NCBI RefSeq assembly: GCF_009914755.1
Contig: NC_060927.1
Direction: 5' to 3' (one strand)
Length of the DNA: 64,000 nucleotides
DNA from: the human T2T-CHM13v2.0 reference genome, Homo sapiens
A model generated the notes under the pieces. The model did no database searches and was not told the origin of the DNA. It saw only the letters and a list, made by a program, of their open reading frames with translations. Made by a program: the position numbers and the translations under genes. Position 1 is the stretch's first letter; the number at the start of each line of letters is the position of its first letter. Positions 1 to 15,255 of this stretch are shown piece after piece.

Positions 1-1892
<1,892 letters not shown>

Positions 1893-4519
1893 CAGATTCC
1901 AAAGAGTGGATCTTGGTTAGTTAAATTTCAATGTCTTTTGGGAGGAGAAACATATAGGCATTGGGGCTTCATCATGTCACCTAAATCAAAATCAAATTTG
2001 TATGTATATGTGACTGACTCTGACAGGACGTTAGAACTATTGTAGCCTTAAAATTTGTCTTAATGTCTGATTCAATGCCTATTATTCTTTAATATTTGTA
2101 AGGTGCTTAATTCGAGACTTAAAATGGCACGCAGTGTGAACACAATAAATTATAGCTATTATTTTTTTCTAGGCTTACTTTATAGCTTCATCTTTCTATT
2201 TTCTTATATGAATTGTCAAATAATTTGATAAGATTTTTAAAAGTATTGTTAATTACTGCAAGCAATTAACTTGAATTGATGTCTTCCAATCAACGTGGTA
2301 AAGAAGAGAAAGGAGAGGAATAACTATGAAAGAACTGGATTGGAAACGAGCAATGTAGAAAATAAAAACAAATCATTTACTACACTTAGAAAACATTGTT
2401 TTTGAGGAAATTAATAGTATAAAACTTGCCAATACCAGAGAGTCTCAAGAAGGAACATAAAGATTCTGCATGACAAGTTTTGGAGTACTATCTATCTTAT
2501 TTGTTCCTTAAACCCTTTAGTTCCATTCATAAGGTGCTTATGGCTGCGTGTGTGGCAGGCACGTGGGGTGCTATAGAGATACAGGGGAAAGAGTTTGAGT
2601 AGTGCAATATACTGTTCATTTTTCTTTTCAGAATGCCCTTGACAAATTAACATTCTCAGATCAGTTGACTTGTTTGAATGCACCACATTGGCATTCTAAT
2701 TCAAATGGGAGAGAGGTGATTGACTGAATAACTCAAGATTGAAGGAGGCATTGGAGAAACCTTTTACTGTTGACCATGGATACTAGGTCCCCTTGCTTTT
2801 TTTTTTTTTCTTTTAGTTTTGATCCAGCACAATCCATTAGACTGCCACAATTCACACCTGCTTTTTATTTATTTAGTGAGCTCTATTGACTCCTTGGACT
2901 TGTAGGCAACTCATCTTGACTTGAGAGGCTGCCTTGCTAAGGGCAGAAATGTTAATATAGATTTTGGCCCCTCAAGCAAGAAAGCACTTAAAAATGTCGC
3001 AGCCACTAAATGATTCAATTAGTCTAACCTTCCCACCTGCCCTTTTTTTTTTTAAAAAAAAGACTCCTTTGCCACAGCGATAGTGCAAGACCAGCCCCTT
3101 TGTCCACACTCTGCATGAAGTGGAGTTTTTCCAAGTTGAAAGTATTTGTACGTCAGATCTGTGGGTACGAAAATGAAGAAAAGAATTACTGATGATCTGA
3201 GGCCAATGCTTCATGAAATGATTTGAACTGTTGTGCCATCTGACCCTGCACTACTAGATTATAAAATGTTCACAAAAAAAGGAAAAAAAATCTAGTATCT
3301 TGTGTCAGTGCTTTGACAGCTTTTATGATAAGAATTGGGTTTACTAACAAATTGTGGATTCCAAGCCCTTTTCACTGCACAGTAATTTCCAGGCAGTTTA
3401 AAACCACTTCTGGCCTGCCCTCTCTATTTGAATCTACTGCTGAGTCTAAAAGCCTGTCTTGATTCCCCTGTGTTTATTACAGATTCTTTTCCATTTGAAG
3501 AATCAATACTAAATGCAGACACAGACAGACGGCATTTTACACTTGGTATTTGGAACAATGGGAGGGTGTCATTTATCAGTACTTTTTCAGGCACCAGAAA
3601 ATTATAAGGCAAAATAAATTTGTAGGTTAAACAACTTTTCATTTACAAGAGATTATGGCACATCAGTTTCTAACTAGAGGTATATAGGTAGACACAGAAA
3701 ACCTTGATAAAAATGTAAAAACTCTTTGAAATGAACTAGCATTGTTAGTATTATAAAACTGAGGAAAATACTTTCTCTGCTTGCTTCAGTACCTTTCAAG
3801 AAGCATAGAAGCAAGAGATGCTCAAAAATTAACATTGTAGGATGACATTTCCAAAATTTTTTATTGAAAAAAATAATGGGTGTTGTGACTTAGCTTCTTT
3901 TAAAGTTTTACATTTGGTGCACATTTGAAAAATTTACTAGTTTATAGTCAATGTGAGACACTGGTAAGCTTATAAAATGTTTCCACTTTTATACCCTCAA
4001 TTCTAACAATATTTATCTATGCTTTCCATAATCTGTCACTCTGCAAGGCACTGGGAACACAAATGGTCTCATTAAAACACTCCTTTCAAAATGTTGTTTA
4101 CTCTGAACAGACATTGGAAGAGGTTTCCAGTTAAACAGTTTGACTGAATAAAGAATAAAGGGAAAGAGTAACAAAACACTGAACTTGGAAATGCAATATT
4201 GTATTTTTAATTTGGTATTTAATGTATCTATCAGATGCCAATGAAGTCTGCTTTCCATATGTCTAAATCATGTCAACACACCAAGTATAACCTAATTCAT
4301 GTAATTTTAGACATATAATTTTAAAAGTATAATTGAGAATTTAAACTAAAAAAAAATCATTTAGTTCTTACTCTTTTACCCATTAGGAATAAAAATTTAA
4401 GACCAAAAGAATCTGAAATTTTACGTTTTATATCACTGCACACCTGAGTATTATTTCAGATTCCTCAGCCAAAATGTTCCCCAAATAGTCACAGATCATA
4501 TTTATGAAAAGAGAAAGGA

Positions 4520-4735
4520 AAACTAGCATTTTGCAATCTCATACTATAGACTAGGCCATATGCTAAGAGATTTTAATGTTATATTATTTAAATCTTACAA
4601 CCATGACATGCATAAGGTGTTTCACTCCTCATTTCTCAACATGAGGATACTAAAGGTCAGATTAATTAAGTAATGTGCTTCTGCACCTACACTTAGTAGG
4701 AGATGGAGCTGAAAAACAAACGTAGAACTCTGATA
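4520..4735 (-). mobile_element. MIR SINE fragment
   Basis: Degenerate antisense MIR core (catttctcaacatgaggatactaaaggtcaga...aagtaatgtgc). Confidence 0.6.
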
Positions 4736-4742
4736 CTAATTA

Positions 4743-5089
4743 CAGTCATTCAGAGCTTAATGATGGGGATACCTTCTCAGAAATGTGGTGTTAGGCAATT
4801 TTGTCATGCAAACATCAGAGGATGTACTTACACAAACCTGAATGGTAGAGCCTGCTGCACATCTAGGCTGTATGGCATAGCCTATTGCTCCTGGGCTACA
4901 AACCTATAGAGCATGTTATTGTACTGAATATTGCAGGCAATTGTAACACGATTGTAAATATTTGTGCATTTAAACATATTTAAGTATGGAAAAGGTAAAG
5001 TAAAAAAAAATCATGTTATAATTTTATGGGACCACCATTGTATACGCAGTCCATCAATGACTAAAACACCATGATATGGTGCGCGAATG
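4743..5089 (-). mobile_element. Tigger3a (MER7A-type) non-autonomous TcMar-Tigger element
   Basis: Starts CAGTCAT, flanked by TA at 4741-4742 and 5090-5091. Interior (gcctattgctcctgggctacaaacct, tgggaccaccattgtatacgcagtcc) matches recalled consensus. Confidence 0.85.
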
Positions 5090-5095
5090 TACTAA

Positions 5096-5875
5096 CAGTG
5101 GGCTCTCTGTATCAGTGGGTTCCAGATTTGTGAATTCAACAACCGTGGATTAAAAAAAAAAAAAAATTAAAAAGGACAATTGCGTCTGAACCAAACAGAT
5201 TTTTTTCTTCACAGACTTCTTGACATTATTCTCCAAACAATATAGTATAACAACTATTTACATAGCCTTTACAATGTACAGTTGACCGTTGAACAATATG
5301 GGTTTGAACTGTGGTTTCACCTGTATGAAGATTTTCTTCTGCTTCTGCCACCCCTGAGAGAGCAAGACCAACTTCTCCTTTTCCTCTTCCTGCTCAGCAT
5401 ACTCAACGTAAAGATGATAAAGACCTTTATGATGAGCCACTTCCACCTAATGCATCATAAATATATTTTATCTTTCTTAATGATTTTCTTAATAACATTT
5501 TCTTTCTCTAGGTTATTTTATTATGAGAATACAGTATATAATACATATAACATACCAAATATGTGTTAATTGACTATGTTATTGGTAAGGCTTCTGGTCG
5601 ACAGTAGGCTATTACATAGTTAAGTTTTGGGGGAGTCAAAAGTTACACATGAATATTTGACTGTGTGGGGGTCTGTGCCCCAATACCCACATTGTTCAAG
5701 GGTCAACTGCACTAAGTATTATAATTAATCAAGAGATGATTTCAAGTATATAGCAAGATGTGTGTAGGTTGTAGACAAATACTATGCCATTTTATACCAG
5801 GGACTTGAGCATCCTTGGGCTTTGGTATCTGTGGGGGATCCTGGAACCAATACCCTAGGTACCAAGAAACAACTG
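5096..5875. mobile_element. MER2 (TcMar-Tigger), split into 5096-5278 and 5710-5875 by a nested Tigger2a
   Basis: CAGT...ACTG termini. The halves rejoin to continuous MER2 consensus (acaactatttacatagc...ttacaatg|ta|...aagtattataa...gagatgatt). Confidence 0.85.
5279..5709. mobile_element. Tigger2a (MER28-type) inserted into MER2
   Basis: TIRs CAGTTGACCGTTGAACAA / TTGTTCAAGGGTCAACTG, flanked by TA (5277-5278) and CA (5710-5711, mutated TA TSD). Confidence 0.87.
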
Positions 5876-5981
5876 TACTTGGGTCCAAAAATACACTTTT
5901 GAGAAAAAACTTGTAATATGTCCATTTTGGGATGGCCAATCAGGAGGTGAAGGCATCATTGGTTCAAAAAGTGCACTTTTA

Positions 5982-6288
<307 letters not shown>

Positions 6289-6344
6289 TTAATTATATTA
6301 CAAGTATTTCACGAATACAACTTAAAATAGGACTCATCTAAAAA

Positions 6345-7141
6345 TAAAACTACATTTGCGAAGATTATGAAAACAGGACAATTCTAACATGGCTGACTCC
6401 ATTTTGCTTCTAGCCTCACAGGCTGGCTGTCCTCACTCATTCCTGGGCATAGGCCAAGCTAACAATGGGAGGAATTTAGTTTATGGTTTAACTTTGAAGC
6501 AAGGATGATAATAATCTCTCCCTAAAACTGATCCCCTCCTTGCTTGGGGTCTGAAATCACCTTTGTAAAACTAATGAAAGGCCACAGGGTTAGGATTATG
6601 TGAAGGGCCTGAATTCTGTTGATACTCAGCCATTGTTCCCTAGCTTGTTTTCCTAAAATTTCTTATTGCTCAGGAGTCATGAAGCTAGAGGTCACAAGAT
6701 TTGGGACTTCTCTGATTACTCCTATAGATAACGTCACTATTATAGAACCTAAGATTGGTCTTTGAGATGTTTTTAAGACTTTAACATTCTGGCAACCAAT
6801 TGACTCCACCCAGACCAGTGATTCATGACTCAAGGGGGCTCCTGATCTACACCCAGAGACTGACTCAGTGCAGGAGGACGATTTTCTACACCCTTATGAT
6901 TTCATCCTCAACTGATCAGCAGCACTTCTTCCCTAGCCCCCTGCTCACCAAACTATTCTTGAAAAACCCTAACCTCTGAACCTTCAGAGAGACTGATTTG
7001 AGTAATAAATTCTGCTTTCACTTGGCTAGCCCTGTGTTAAACTCTTTCTTTTCTGCAAAAACAAAAACAAAAACCCTTGCTGTTCTTAGTGCATTGGCTT
7101 TTTCTGGGCAGTGGGCAAGATGAACCCATCAGGTGATTACA
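6345..7141 (+). mobile_element. ERV1 solo LTR, LTR8A/LTR8B-like
   Basis: ctaacatggctgactccattttgcttctagcctcacaggctggctg...gaacccatcaggtgattaca. Homologous to the LTR8 at 59646-60368. Confidence 0.85.
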
Positions 7142-7477
7142 ATAGGTGCCTTAATATTGCTTGTGGATCACATTGATCAATCAATTCTGTCAATTCAGTC
7201 ATTCCATCTGTCTCTTTTACTTTTGACATTTCAGGGCTTTTTAGGTAACTTTGACAAAACTTCACAAAGATCTAACTTTTTAAATTTATGTGTTTCTCAA
7301 ATTTCCCTTATAGGTGAAAAAAAAATCTCATTCAAGAAAAATCAGATAAAATTATAGCAGAAGATTCTACTTTGTACCAAGTGCTTCTCATTTTGCTTAG
7401 ACAATCAGTTCTTGCTGGCTTACACTAAATTGCTGACTTATACTAAACTATATAAGTTTACACTAAGTTATTCAAAT

Positions 7478-8078
7478 GTCTACAAAACTCAGGGACACAT
7501 TTTACTTATGTTTACTGGTTTATTATAAAGGCTGTTATAAAGGATACAGATGAACAGCCAGATGAAGAGCTACATAGGGCAGGATCTGAAAGAGTTCTGA
7601 GTGCAGGAGCTCCTGTCCTTGTGATGTTGGGGTGCACCACCCTCCCAGCCTGTGGAAGACAAACCCAGAAGCTCATCAAAACTCATTGTTCAAGAATTTT
7701 TTTGTAGAGCTTTAATCTCCAGCCCTAGCCCCGCCACCCCTTCTTGGAGGTGCCTGGATGGAGCTAAAACTTTCAACCACTTAATTATTTGGTCATTCTG
7801 GTGACCAACCTAATCCTGAGACTATCTAGGGGCCCAGTCCAAGTCACCTCATTAGCATAAAGGTAGGTGTGATAAAATGGATGTATATAGGACGAAATAT
7901 ATTTTTATTACTTAGGAAATTCCAGTGGTTTTAGGAGCTCTGTTCAAAACCTAAGTAATGTAACAAAACATACTCCTTTCACCCTTATCCCTTATCACTC
8001 AGGAAATTCCAAAGTTTTTAGGAACTCTGTACCAGGAACGTGGGATGACGGCCAAGTATATATTTCTTAATATATACC
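7478..8078 (-). mobile_element. MER21 (MER21C/B-like) LTR
   Basis: aaaggatacagatgaacagccagatgaagag...caggaaattccaaagtttttaggaactctgtaccaggaac matches antisense MER21. Confidence 0.8.
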
Positions 8079-8259
8079 CAGTAAACCGATTACTCTCTCA
8101 CAAAACAGGAATAATCTTTCTCAACTTATAATTGACAAAATAAGGTGGAAACAATTTCATTTTAACCGTATACCAGACATTAAACATTCTAAATGTTGGT
8201 AGAAGTAATAATAAATAATAATAATAATAATAATTACAACTAAGCCAACCACTACCTCT

Positions 8260-8430
8260 ACTACTACCTGTCTGAACACTTAGCATACCAGACCGGTTCA
8301 AAATACTCTACCTGCTTTATCTCATTTTGTCCTTATAGTATTTTTAAGTGGAAAGTACTGTTAGGAACCTTGTTTTATAGGGGATGAATGAGTTCAAGCC
8401 TCACAGGGTTTAAAAAACTTGTCTTAAGTA
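8260..8430 (-). mobile_element. MIR fragment, preceded by a (TAA)n run
   Basis: Degenerate antisense MIR (ttttataggggatgaatgag...aaaaacttgtcttaag). TAA repeat at ~8206-8235. Confidence 0.45.
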
Positions 8431-8899
8431 AAAGAGGAAGTAATTTCCTATCTGTATATAAAAGAACCTTCCTCAAGAAAATTAACTGCAGAAGTCTTGC
8501 TAACAATAATTTCAGCTTCTATATGGATCTTTTTGTGCTGGAATACCCCTTTTACTGTAGACTCTCTGTGACATATTTAAATGTCAGAGATAATTCCTAC
8601 TGCCAGGCCTCTCTTGATCGTATTAATTTCACACAAAATTTTATCAAAACATATACACATTTCATGTATCCTTGAGGAAGGACCCTAACACTGTAATTCT
8701 GTGGCAGTTAAACTAAAATATTATTTTTATTTAAAAAGAAGCAGCATAATATAGCCACATTATCATCTTGGAAAGTTAAAAAAATGAGATTGTTATCTAT
8801 AATTTATATATTTCTACCCTGTGTTTCTTTCAGGTTTGGTTTATCATAATAAATCCACAATTTTGCATTTGTCTCTTACACTGAATATTTTATACAAAA

Positions 8900-9175
8900 A
8901 TTCATTACTGAGTCTTCTGTGGTTTACCTCCTAAATATCTTCTGCATCTGAACATTTTTCTCTGTCTCTTCTACTACCATCCTAATACAAGCTACTATTT
9001 GCTCTTTCCTGGACTTCTGACACTATCTTTCTTCCTAACAGTTCTACCTTTCAGTTCATCTTCTTTCTACAGTTAGAATGTGCTTTTTAAAAATACAAAT
9101 CTAATATCATAATTCTTAAAATCTTCCAGAAGTTTTCTATTTACTTAGAGATAAAGGCAAATCTTTTACAGAGCT
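8900..9175 (+). mobile_element. L2 LINE fragment
   Basis: ttacctcctaaatatcttctg...ctttttaaaaatacaaatctaat is typical L2 3' region sequence. Confidence 0.65.
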
Positions 9176-9187
9176 TTACTTTGGATT

Positions 9188-9820
9188 TCAGTTCTGGAGG
9201 CCAGAAGTCCAAAATCACAGTGTCCGCAGGGCTATCCTCCCTCTGCAGGCTGAGGGAGAATTCTTCCTTGACTCTTCCAGCTCCTGGTGGCACTTGACAC
9301 TCTTTGGCTTATGGCAGCATAACTCCAATTTCTGCCTCTATTTCACATGGCCTTCTTTGTGTCCTTTCCTTTTTATTTCCCCCAGAGACAAGGTCTCACT
9401 TTGTTGCCAAGGCTCGAATACAGTGGTGCAATCATAGCTGACTGCAGCCTTGAGCTCCTGGGCTCAAGCAATCCTTCTCCTTCAGCCTCCCAAGTAGCTA
9501 GGACTACAGGCATGAGCAAACACTCTCAGATAATTTTTAAAGTTTTTTTTTGTAGGAATAGGGTCTGGTATGTTGGCAAGACTGGTCTCGAGATCCTCGT
9601 CTGAAGCTATCCTCTCACCTCGGCTGCTCAAAGTCCTGGGATTACAGGCATGAACCATGGTGCCCCTTTCCTCCCCTTATAAGGACCATCTGAATCCAGG
9701 ATGACTAATTTCAACTGATTTTTATCTAATTACATCTGCAAAAATCCTATTTCCAAATGTTATCCTATCCTGAGGTTGCAGGCGAACATAAATTTTTGGG
9801 AGACATTCTTCAACTCACTT
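9188..9820 (-). mobile_element. MLT1 (MLT1B/C-like) MaLR LTR, interrupted by an AluJ
   Basis: cagttctggaggccagaagtccaaaatc...; taattacatctgcaaaaatcctatttccaaat. Confidence 0.8.
9366..9667 (-). mobile_element. AluJ element inside MLT1
   Basis: Antisense dimeric Alu with J diagnostics (ctgcagccttgagctcctgggctcaagcaatcc), heavily diverged. Confidence 0.9.
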
Positions 9821-10020
9821 TGAATATATCACCACCTTATCATATATCAAATTTGAAATGTATTTGTGTTTAATTATAAACTTTCTATATACTTTTCACT
9901 AGTCAGCCTGTTTTAATTTAAAAAGCTTTATATTACAATAATGCATAAGGCTTACCTGAAAAATATTTGAATATTCAACAGGACTATCCTCCATACATTA
10001 CTCTTTTTTTCTGGGGCTTT

Positions 10021-10553
10021 TGTATTAGTCAGCGTTCTTTAGAAGGATGGAACTAATCAACTCTTTTTTTTAAATTTTATTATTATCATACTTTAAGTTT
10101 TAGGGTACATGTGCACAACATGCAGGTTTGTTACATATGTATACATGTGCCATGTTGGTGTGCTGCACCCATTAACTAATTCTTAACTCACATGATCACA
10201 AGGTCCCACAATAGGACATCTGCAAGCTGAGGAGCAAGGAGAGCCAGTCTGAGTCCCCAGACTGAAGAACGAGGAGTCCGATGTTCAAGGGAGAAAGCAT
10301 CCAGCACGAGAGAAAGATGTAGGTTGTGGGGCTAGGCCAGTCTCATCTTTTCACATTTTTCTGTCTGCTTTATATTCTAGCTGTGCTGGCACCTGATTAG
10401 ATGGTGCCCACCCAGATTAAGGGTGGGTCTGCCATTTCCAGCCCGCTGACTCAAATGTTAATCTCCTCTGGCATCACCCTCAGAGACACACCCAGGATCA
10501 ATACTTTGCATCCTTCAATCCAATCAAGTTGACATTCAGTATTAACCTTCGCA
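10021..10553 (-). mobile_element. MLT2A1-like ERVL LTR, interrupted by a short L1PA 3' end
   Basis: tgtattagtcagcgttc...caatccaatcaagttgacattcagtattaacc. Homologous to 26857-27302. Confidence 0.9.
10062..10177 (-). mobile_element. Very short 5'-truncated L1PA 3' end (~115 bp)
   Basis: Poly-T followed by atactttaagttttagggtacatgtgcacaac...gcacccattaact. Confidence 0.92.
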
Positions 10554-11330
10554 GCTTTCTTGCTATCTTTACTTTTTTTTTTCAGATTAACTTCATAATC
10601 AACTTCTCTATCTTCAGAAAAGAATTCTGTTGATATTTTTGTGAAAATAATTTTAAAGACAATCAGACATCCTTATGCTTTTGCTATAAATTTATCCGTT
10701 TATCAATGTTTCCAATGTATTAACATATTTTATGCAAGACAATCCTTTGCTTATAAATTTTTCTGTTTCAATTGCTGTTTCTTCCTTGCAATTTTGTTTT
10801 TTGTATATTTGTACTTTCTTCCCAATGTACTCCAATCTTTATTTTTATTATATTGGCTATTTGGTTTGTCTTTTTCAAAAAAATCAGCTTTTTATTTATT
10901 TATTATTTTTTAACTTATTATTTTATAATTATTATTTTGTCCTTTTATGAACTTCATATCTAAATTTTGAAATTCAATGTTTAATTTTGTTATTGTGTTG
11001 ATATTATTTTATCATTTTATTGACAGTACATAATTTTACTATGATAAGTGGCAAAAGATAATTTGAAGAAAAAGGTAAAGTCGTAACTCTTATAGAGATA
11101 GAATAATACACATGTGTAAAATATTTTACTTTTATTAATCAATGAGGGGACCACAGCTGTTATAAACGGTTAAATGGAAAAATCAAAATTTCAGAAATTT
11201 GTATGGAGTAAAGGAATATTGAGATAAATTACAAACGAGGAGACAATTTTTCTTCACAGTGTGGAGAAATATCAATCAAAATTTTAACTTGCAAGATAGA
11301 GTTTGTATACCTATCAATTACCTGCAATTT

Positions 11331-11808
11331 TTTTTAATTCAAATTTTATTTTAGATACAGGGGGTGCATGTGCAGGTATGTCATATGGGCATATTGCACT
11401 GAGGTAGTGAGCATAGTTCCCAATAGGTAGTTTACCAATCCATGTCGCCCTCCTTCCCTAAGCCCTCTAGCAGCCCATAGTGTCTGTTGTTCCCATGTTT
11501 ATGTCCATGTGTGCTCAGTCTTTACTTCCCACGTATAAGTGAGAACATGCAGTATTTGATTTTCTTTTCTCTTGTTAATCTGCTTAGTGTTATGGCCGCC
11601 AGCTCCATTCATGTTACTGCAAAGGACATTATTTCATTTCCTTTTTATGGCTGCATAGTATTCTATGGTGTATATAGACCACATTTTCTTTATCCAGTTC
11701 ACTATTGATGGGTACCTAAGTTGATTCCATGACTTTGCTATCGTGAAGAGCATGGCAGTGACATACTAGTACATGTATATTTTTGGTATAATGATCTGTT
11801 TTCCTTTA
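11331..11808 (-). mobile_element. Older L1PA (L1PA13-16-like) 3' end
   Basis: ttttattttagatacagggggtgcatgtgcagg...taagtgagaacatgcagtatttg. TSD AATTACCTGCAATTT (11316-11330) / AATTACCTACAGTTT (11809-11823). Confidence 0.88.
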
Positions 11809-12089
11809 AATTACCTACAGTTTAGAAAAAGGTGAAAAATACCTCAAAAACAATTAACAGCACTAGAATCAGACAGACCCAGTTGGTATACTATGAGAAA
11901 TGCTTAGATTTTCATTGAAGTACAAAATTTGTTTCTACATCAGGATATTAGTACATTTTACACTTGTATGTTTGACTTTCTTCATTTTTACTGATGTGAT
12001 TATTAATACATAATTCTACTGACATAAGCAAATCAATAGCTTTAGAAATTATATATGGTTAACTTATGTTTATTGTACTTTATTGATAT

Positions 12090-13170
12090 AAATGTATCAA
12101 GGTATAAATTTTCCTCTGAGTACTGCTTTATCTGTATTCCACAGATTCTAATATGTCATGTTTTTATTATTATGATTTTGTAGAAATTTGGCAATTTTGT
12201 ATTGTGCTTAATAGAGTATTTAAAAATATATATAGGTAGAAGTCTTTTGTTTGATTTAGTTATAATTTCCAATTTTATTACATTGTGGTCAGATAATCCT
12301 ATTTGCATGGATTCTATTTTCTTGAAAAAGTTACTGTCTCCTTTTAAGCTAATACTGGGTATTTTTACATAATAATTACATGTTCTTTGGGGAAAAAGTG
12401 ATTTTTTAAATAATCAAGAATCACAGTTAAATGTATTTATGCAGCTTACTATTATGTATACTTCTTAGGTTTTCTGTATCATTTATGATATCCCAGTATT
12501 ATTTTTTCTTTAATATTAGTGACATTAAATGTACCTAAACATATTGTACTTGTTTGTTAGCTTTAAGTAATCAACTTTCACTCTCCAATAATACCTATAA
12601 ATCAATCTGCAAGGTTTATCTACTGCAAACTTTTTTCTCTCTTCTCCTCCCATTTTTATTACTTATATTTTTCTGCGTTGTGAGAGCATTTATTTCCTAA
12701 TATTATTTTTTCATACTTATACACAACTTCTAATACTTGTGTCAGAGTTAAAAACATTTAATGCTCAAACACAAATCTTCAGTTGATTTTCTGAAATTAT
12801 TCTGGGGTTGCCTGCAGCCTATTTTCTATTAAATTTCTCTGGTAAGATTCCTGGAATCAACAGTCTTGAGATATTGCTTGCAAGTTAATAAATGTCTATG
12901 GTCTTTATACCTGAAGGACAGGTTGACTGGATATAAAATATTTGACTTACATTTACTTCAGTAAAAATATTTTTGTTGAAAACTCTAATACAAATCCAAC
13001 ATTTTTCCTTATAAGTAACTTAATTTTTTTTCCTGTGTGTTTAAAGAATGTCTTCCTTTATTTTAAAGACTAACAATTTTACTTAGTTTGGTCTCAGAGT
13101 TGCTCATTTGGGCTCTATTTTTGCAGGCGTATGTATGCCCTTTCTGTATGTAGTCTTCTCTTATTTCAGA
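12090..13170 (-). mobile_element. Ancient L1M fragments
   Basis: aggtataaattttcctctgagtactgcttta...; ttttattacattgtggtcagataat; ctgaaggacaggttgactggatataaaat are typical antisense L1M. Confidence 0.65.
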
Positions 13171-13334
13171 AATTGTTGCTCTGGCAACTCTTCAAATACG
13201 AACACACACTTGCATTATTATCTGACAACATAAAATACGTAGAAAAACCACAAATGGCATACCATTAAAAATCAGCCTATTATATATACCTTTCACAAAA
13301 CTAGTTAAATCAGTGTTAAGATGAGGCTGGGAAT

Positions 13335-13555
13335 CATATCATGTATCAAAGTGAACAGATACTGGAGTTAAACTGACTGCATTTAAATACTAATCCTGCT
13401 GATTTATTAGCTGTGCAGTCTTTGGCAAGTGTCTTAACCTCTCTCTGCGTCAATTGTATCATCTATAGAATGACCATAATAATGTATATCCCTTAATTTT
13501 TTTGTGAAATTAAATGAGACAATTCACATACAGTGCTTAAACACTGATAAGCATG
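13335..13555 (+). mobile_element. MIR (MIRb-like)
   Basis: MIR core: ttattagctgtgcagtctttggcaagtgtcttaacctctctctgcgtcaattgtatcatctatagaatg. Confidence 0.8.
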
Positions 13556-15134
13556 ATATCAAAATACAATAAGGGCCACAGATATTCATTTCCAGTCCGA
13601 TTTTAATGAACTCTGTAGTTTATAGTCATCATATAATTTCAATCTTCCATTCTTTTTTAATCACAAAATCTTTTTGTATAAGAGGTATAGTGTAAGATAC
13701 ATGAAAGCACATAGGTCAAATAGAGGAAATGTTATCTTATCCTTGATTAACTGGGCTTAAATTCGTCTATTGATAACTTGTAAGATAGGAACCATATTTA
13801 CATGGAGCTTTCTAATGCCCCATCTTTCCCAAGAGCCTCGCTTATTCTCTTGACCCGGGTATCTTGATTTTAACATTAAGAAACCAGGTTGAGCATTATC
13901 TTCTCCAGTGGACAATAACCTCTAAGTGTGTATTAGGAGCTCCCAGAATACCCTTTACTAACTTTAATTCTCATTGTATTCTATGATGACTTTGTGATAA
14001 CATGGCTGTTTCTCCCAGAAATGAGTTAGGGGCAAAGAATGTGTTTTTAAACTTGTTTCCATAATACCTGTTTTGTGATTGAACAATATATTTTTGTCTG
14101 ACTTACATTTTATGAAGAATGATTGTAAGGGTAAAATGGAAAAATATCAGTAAAGTTTTACTGAAAATGCATTAAGTGTAAAACATTTAACTGTTATAAA
14201 TAATGGAACTCAACTTGAGAGATTTGAATGGAAGGAATTGTGCCATTCACAATCTAAACAGATTCACCACCGAAAGTAGAGAAATCAAGGGCATCCATTT
14301 CATTTTAATACTCCTTTTCAAATCAAACAAAATTGCTAGTACACCAAATAGATTTAAAAGATCTGAGTTACATTTTTAAGAGGCAAGCACATCTCTAAGT
14401 GTTGGTTTATCATGGTTTCATTTGCTTGAGAAGCCAACAATTGGCTGTTCATTTTACCTTCCTCTGTGATATGTATAAATATCCCAGAAAGCCCACAGCT
14501 TACTTTGAGCTCTCTCAGTGCCATCCAATTATAAATGCAATTGTAAATATCTCTGCTCTGTTAACAAAAATGCAGCATTACTTCTCCTATTAATGTAGAG
14601 TATAAACTTTCTATTAGTAATCTTATGCTTAAGATAAAAAGGAAAATATATGAAAGCATTGTGGATAAAGTTGAAAAGCTGTACAGATGGAAGGTATTAA
14701 TGCCAAAATTGTGAAACTTATCCCTAGCATCTTCCACATTCCATTAGGATATTTTGCCCGTCTCGAACACATCTATTATCATTGTTATACTGATATTCTC
14801 TTAGACTGGAGAGATGAGTGTGGTATCTTAGAGAACAATTGGAAGATTGTAATAGTAGCAATTGCATTAGCTCCCACAATGGCTTTCTATTCCTTAATTA
14901 ATAAAGTCAAGATTGCCTGTTTAAGAATTCAAGGATTATTTACACACTTTGAATATACATCTTATTTCTCTAATATAATATCTCTGCAAGATTCTGCTCT
15001 CAAATCTCAATCTCTAGTAAATGTTTATCCTTTCTTTAATACACAGCTCCATGATTCTTCTTCTCTTCTGGATTATGATTTTTCTATTTGAAAATTATTT
15101 CTATATTATTTCTTGTGTGAAAATTGCTTTTCAC

Positions 15135-15255
15135 CATTTGTTTATTAAACCTACATTTATGTAGGTTCCTGTATGTAATGCACAGTATTTAGTGCTGGGG
15201 ATTCAATGGGCAAGTATAAATAATACATAGTCCCTGATTATCAAAGTGTTCTAGG
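15135..15255 (-). mobile_element. L2 3' end fragment
   Basis: atttgtttattaaacc...gcacagtatttagtgctggggattca...tagtccctg. Confidence 0.55.

Noticed and set aside
7905-8040. Direct repeat aggaaattcca...ttttagga(g/a)ctctg
   Set aside because: As I recall, it is an internal repeat of MER21-family LTRs rather than a locus-specific structure.
14687-15091. 134-aa ORF with an ATG start
   Set aside because: Composition is typical of random AT-rich DNA, the 3' part resembles decayed L2, and there is no recognisable family.
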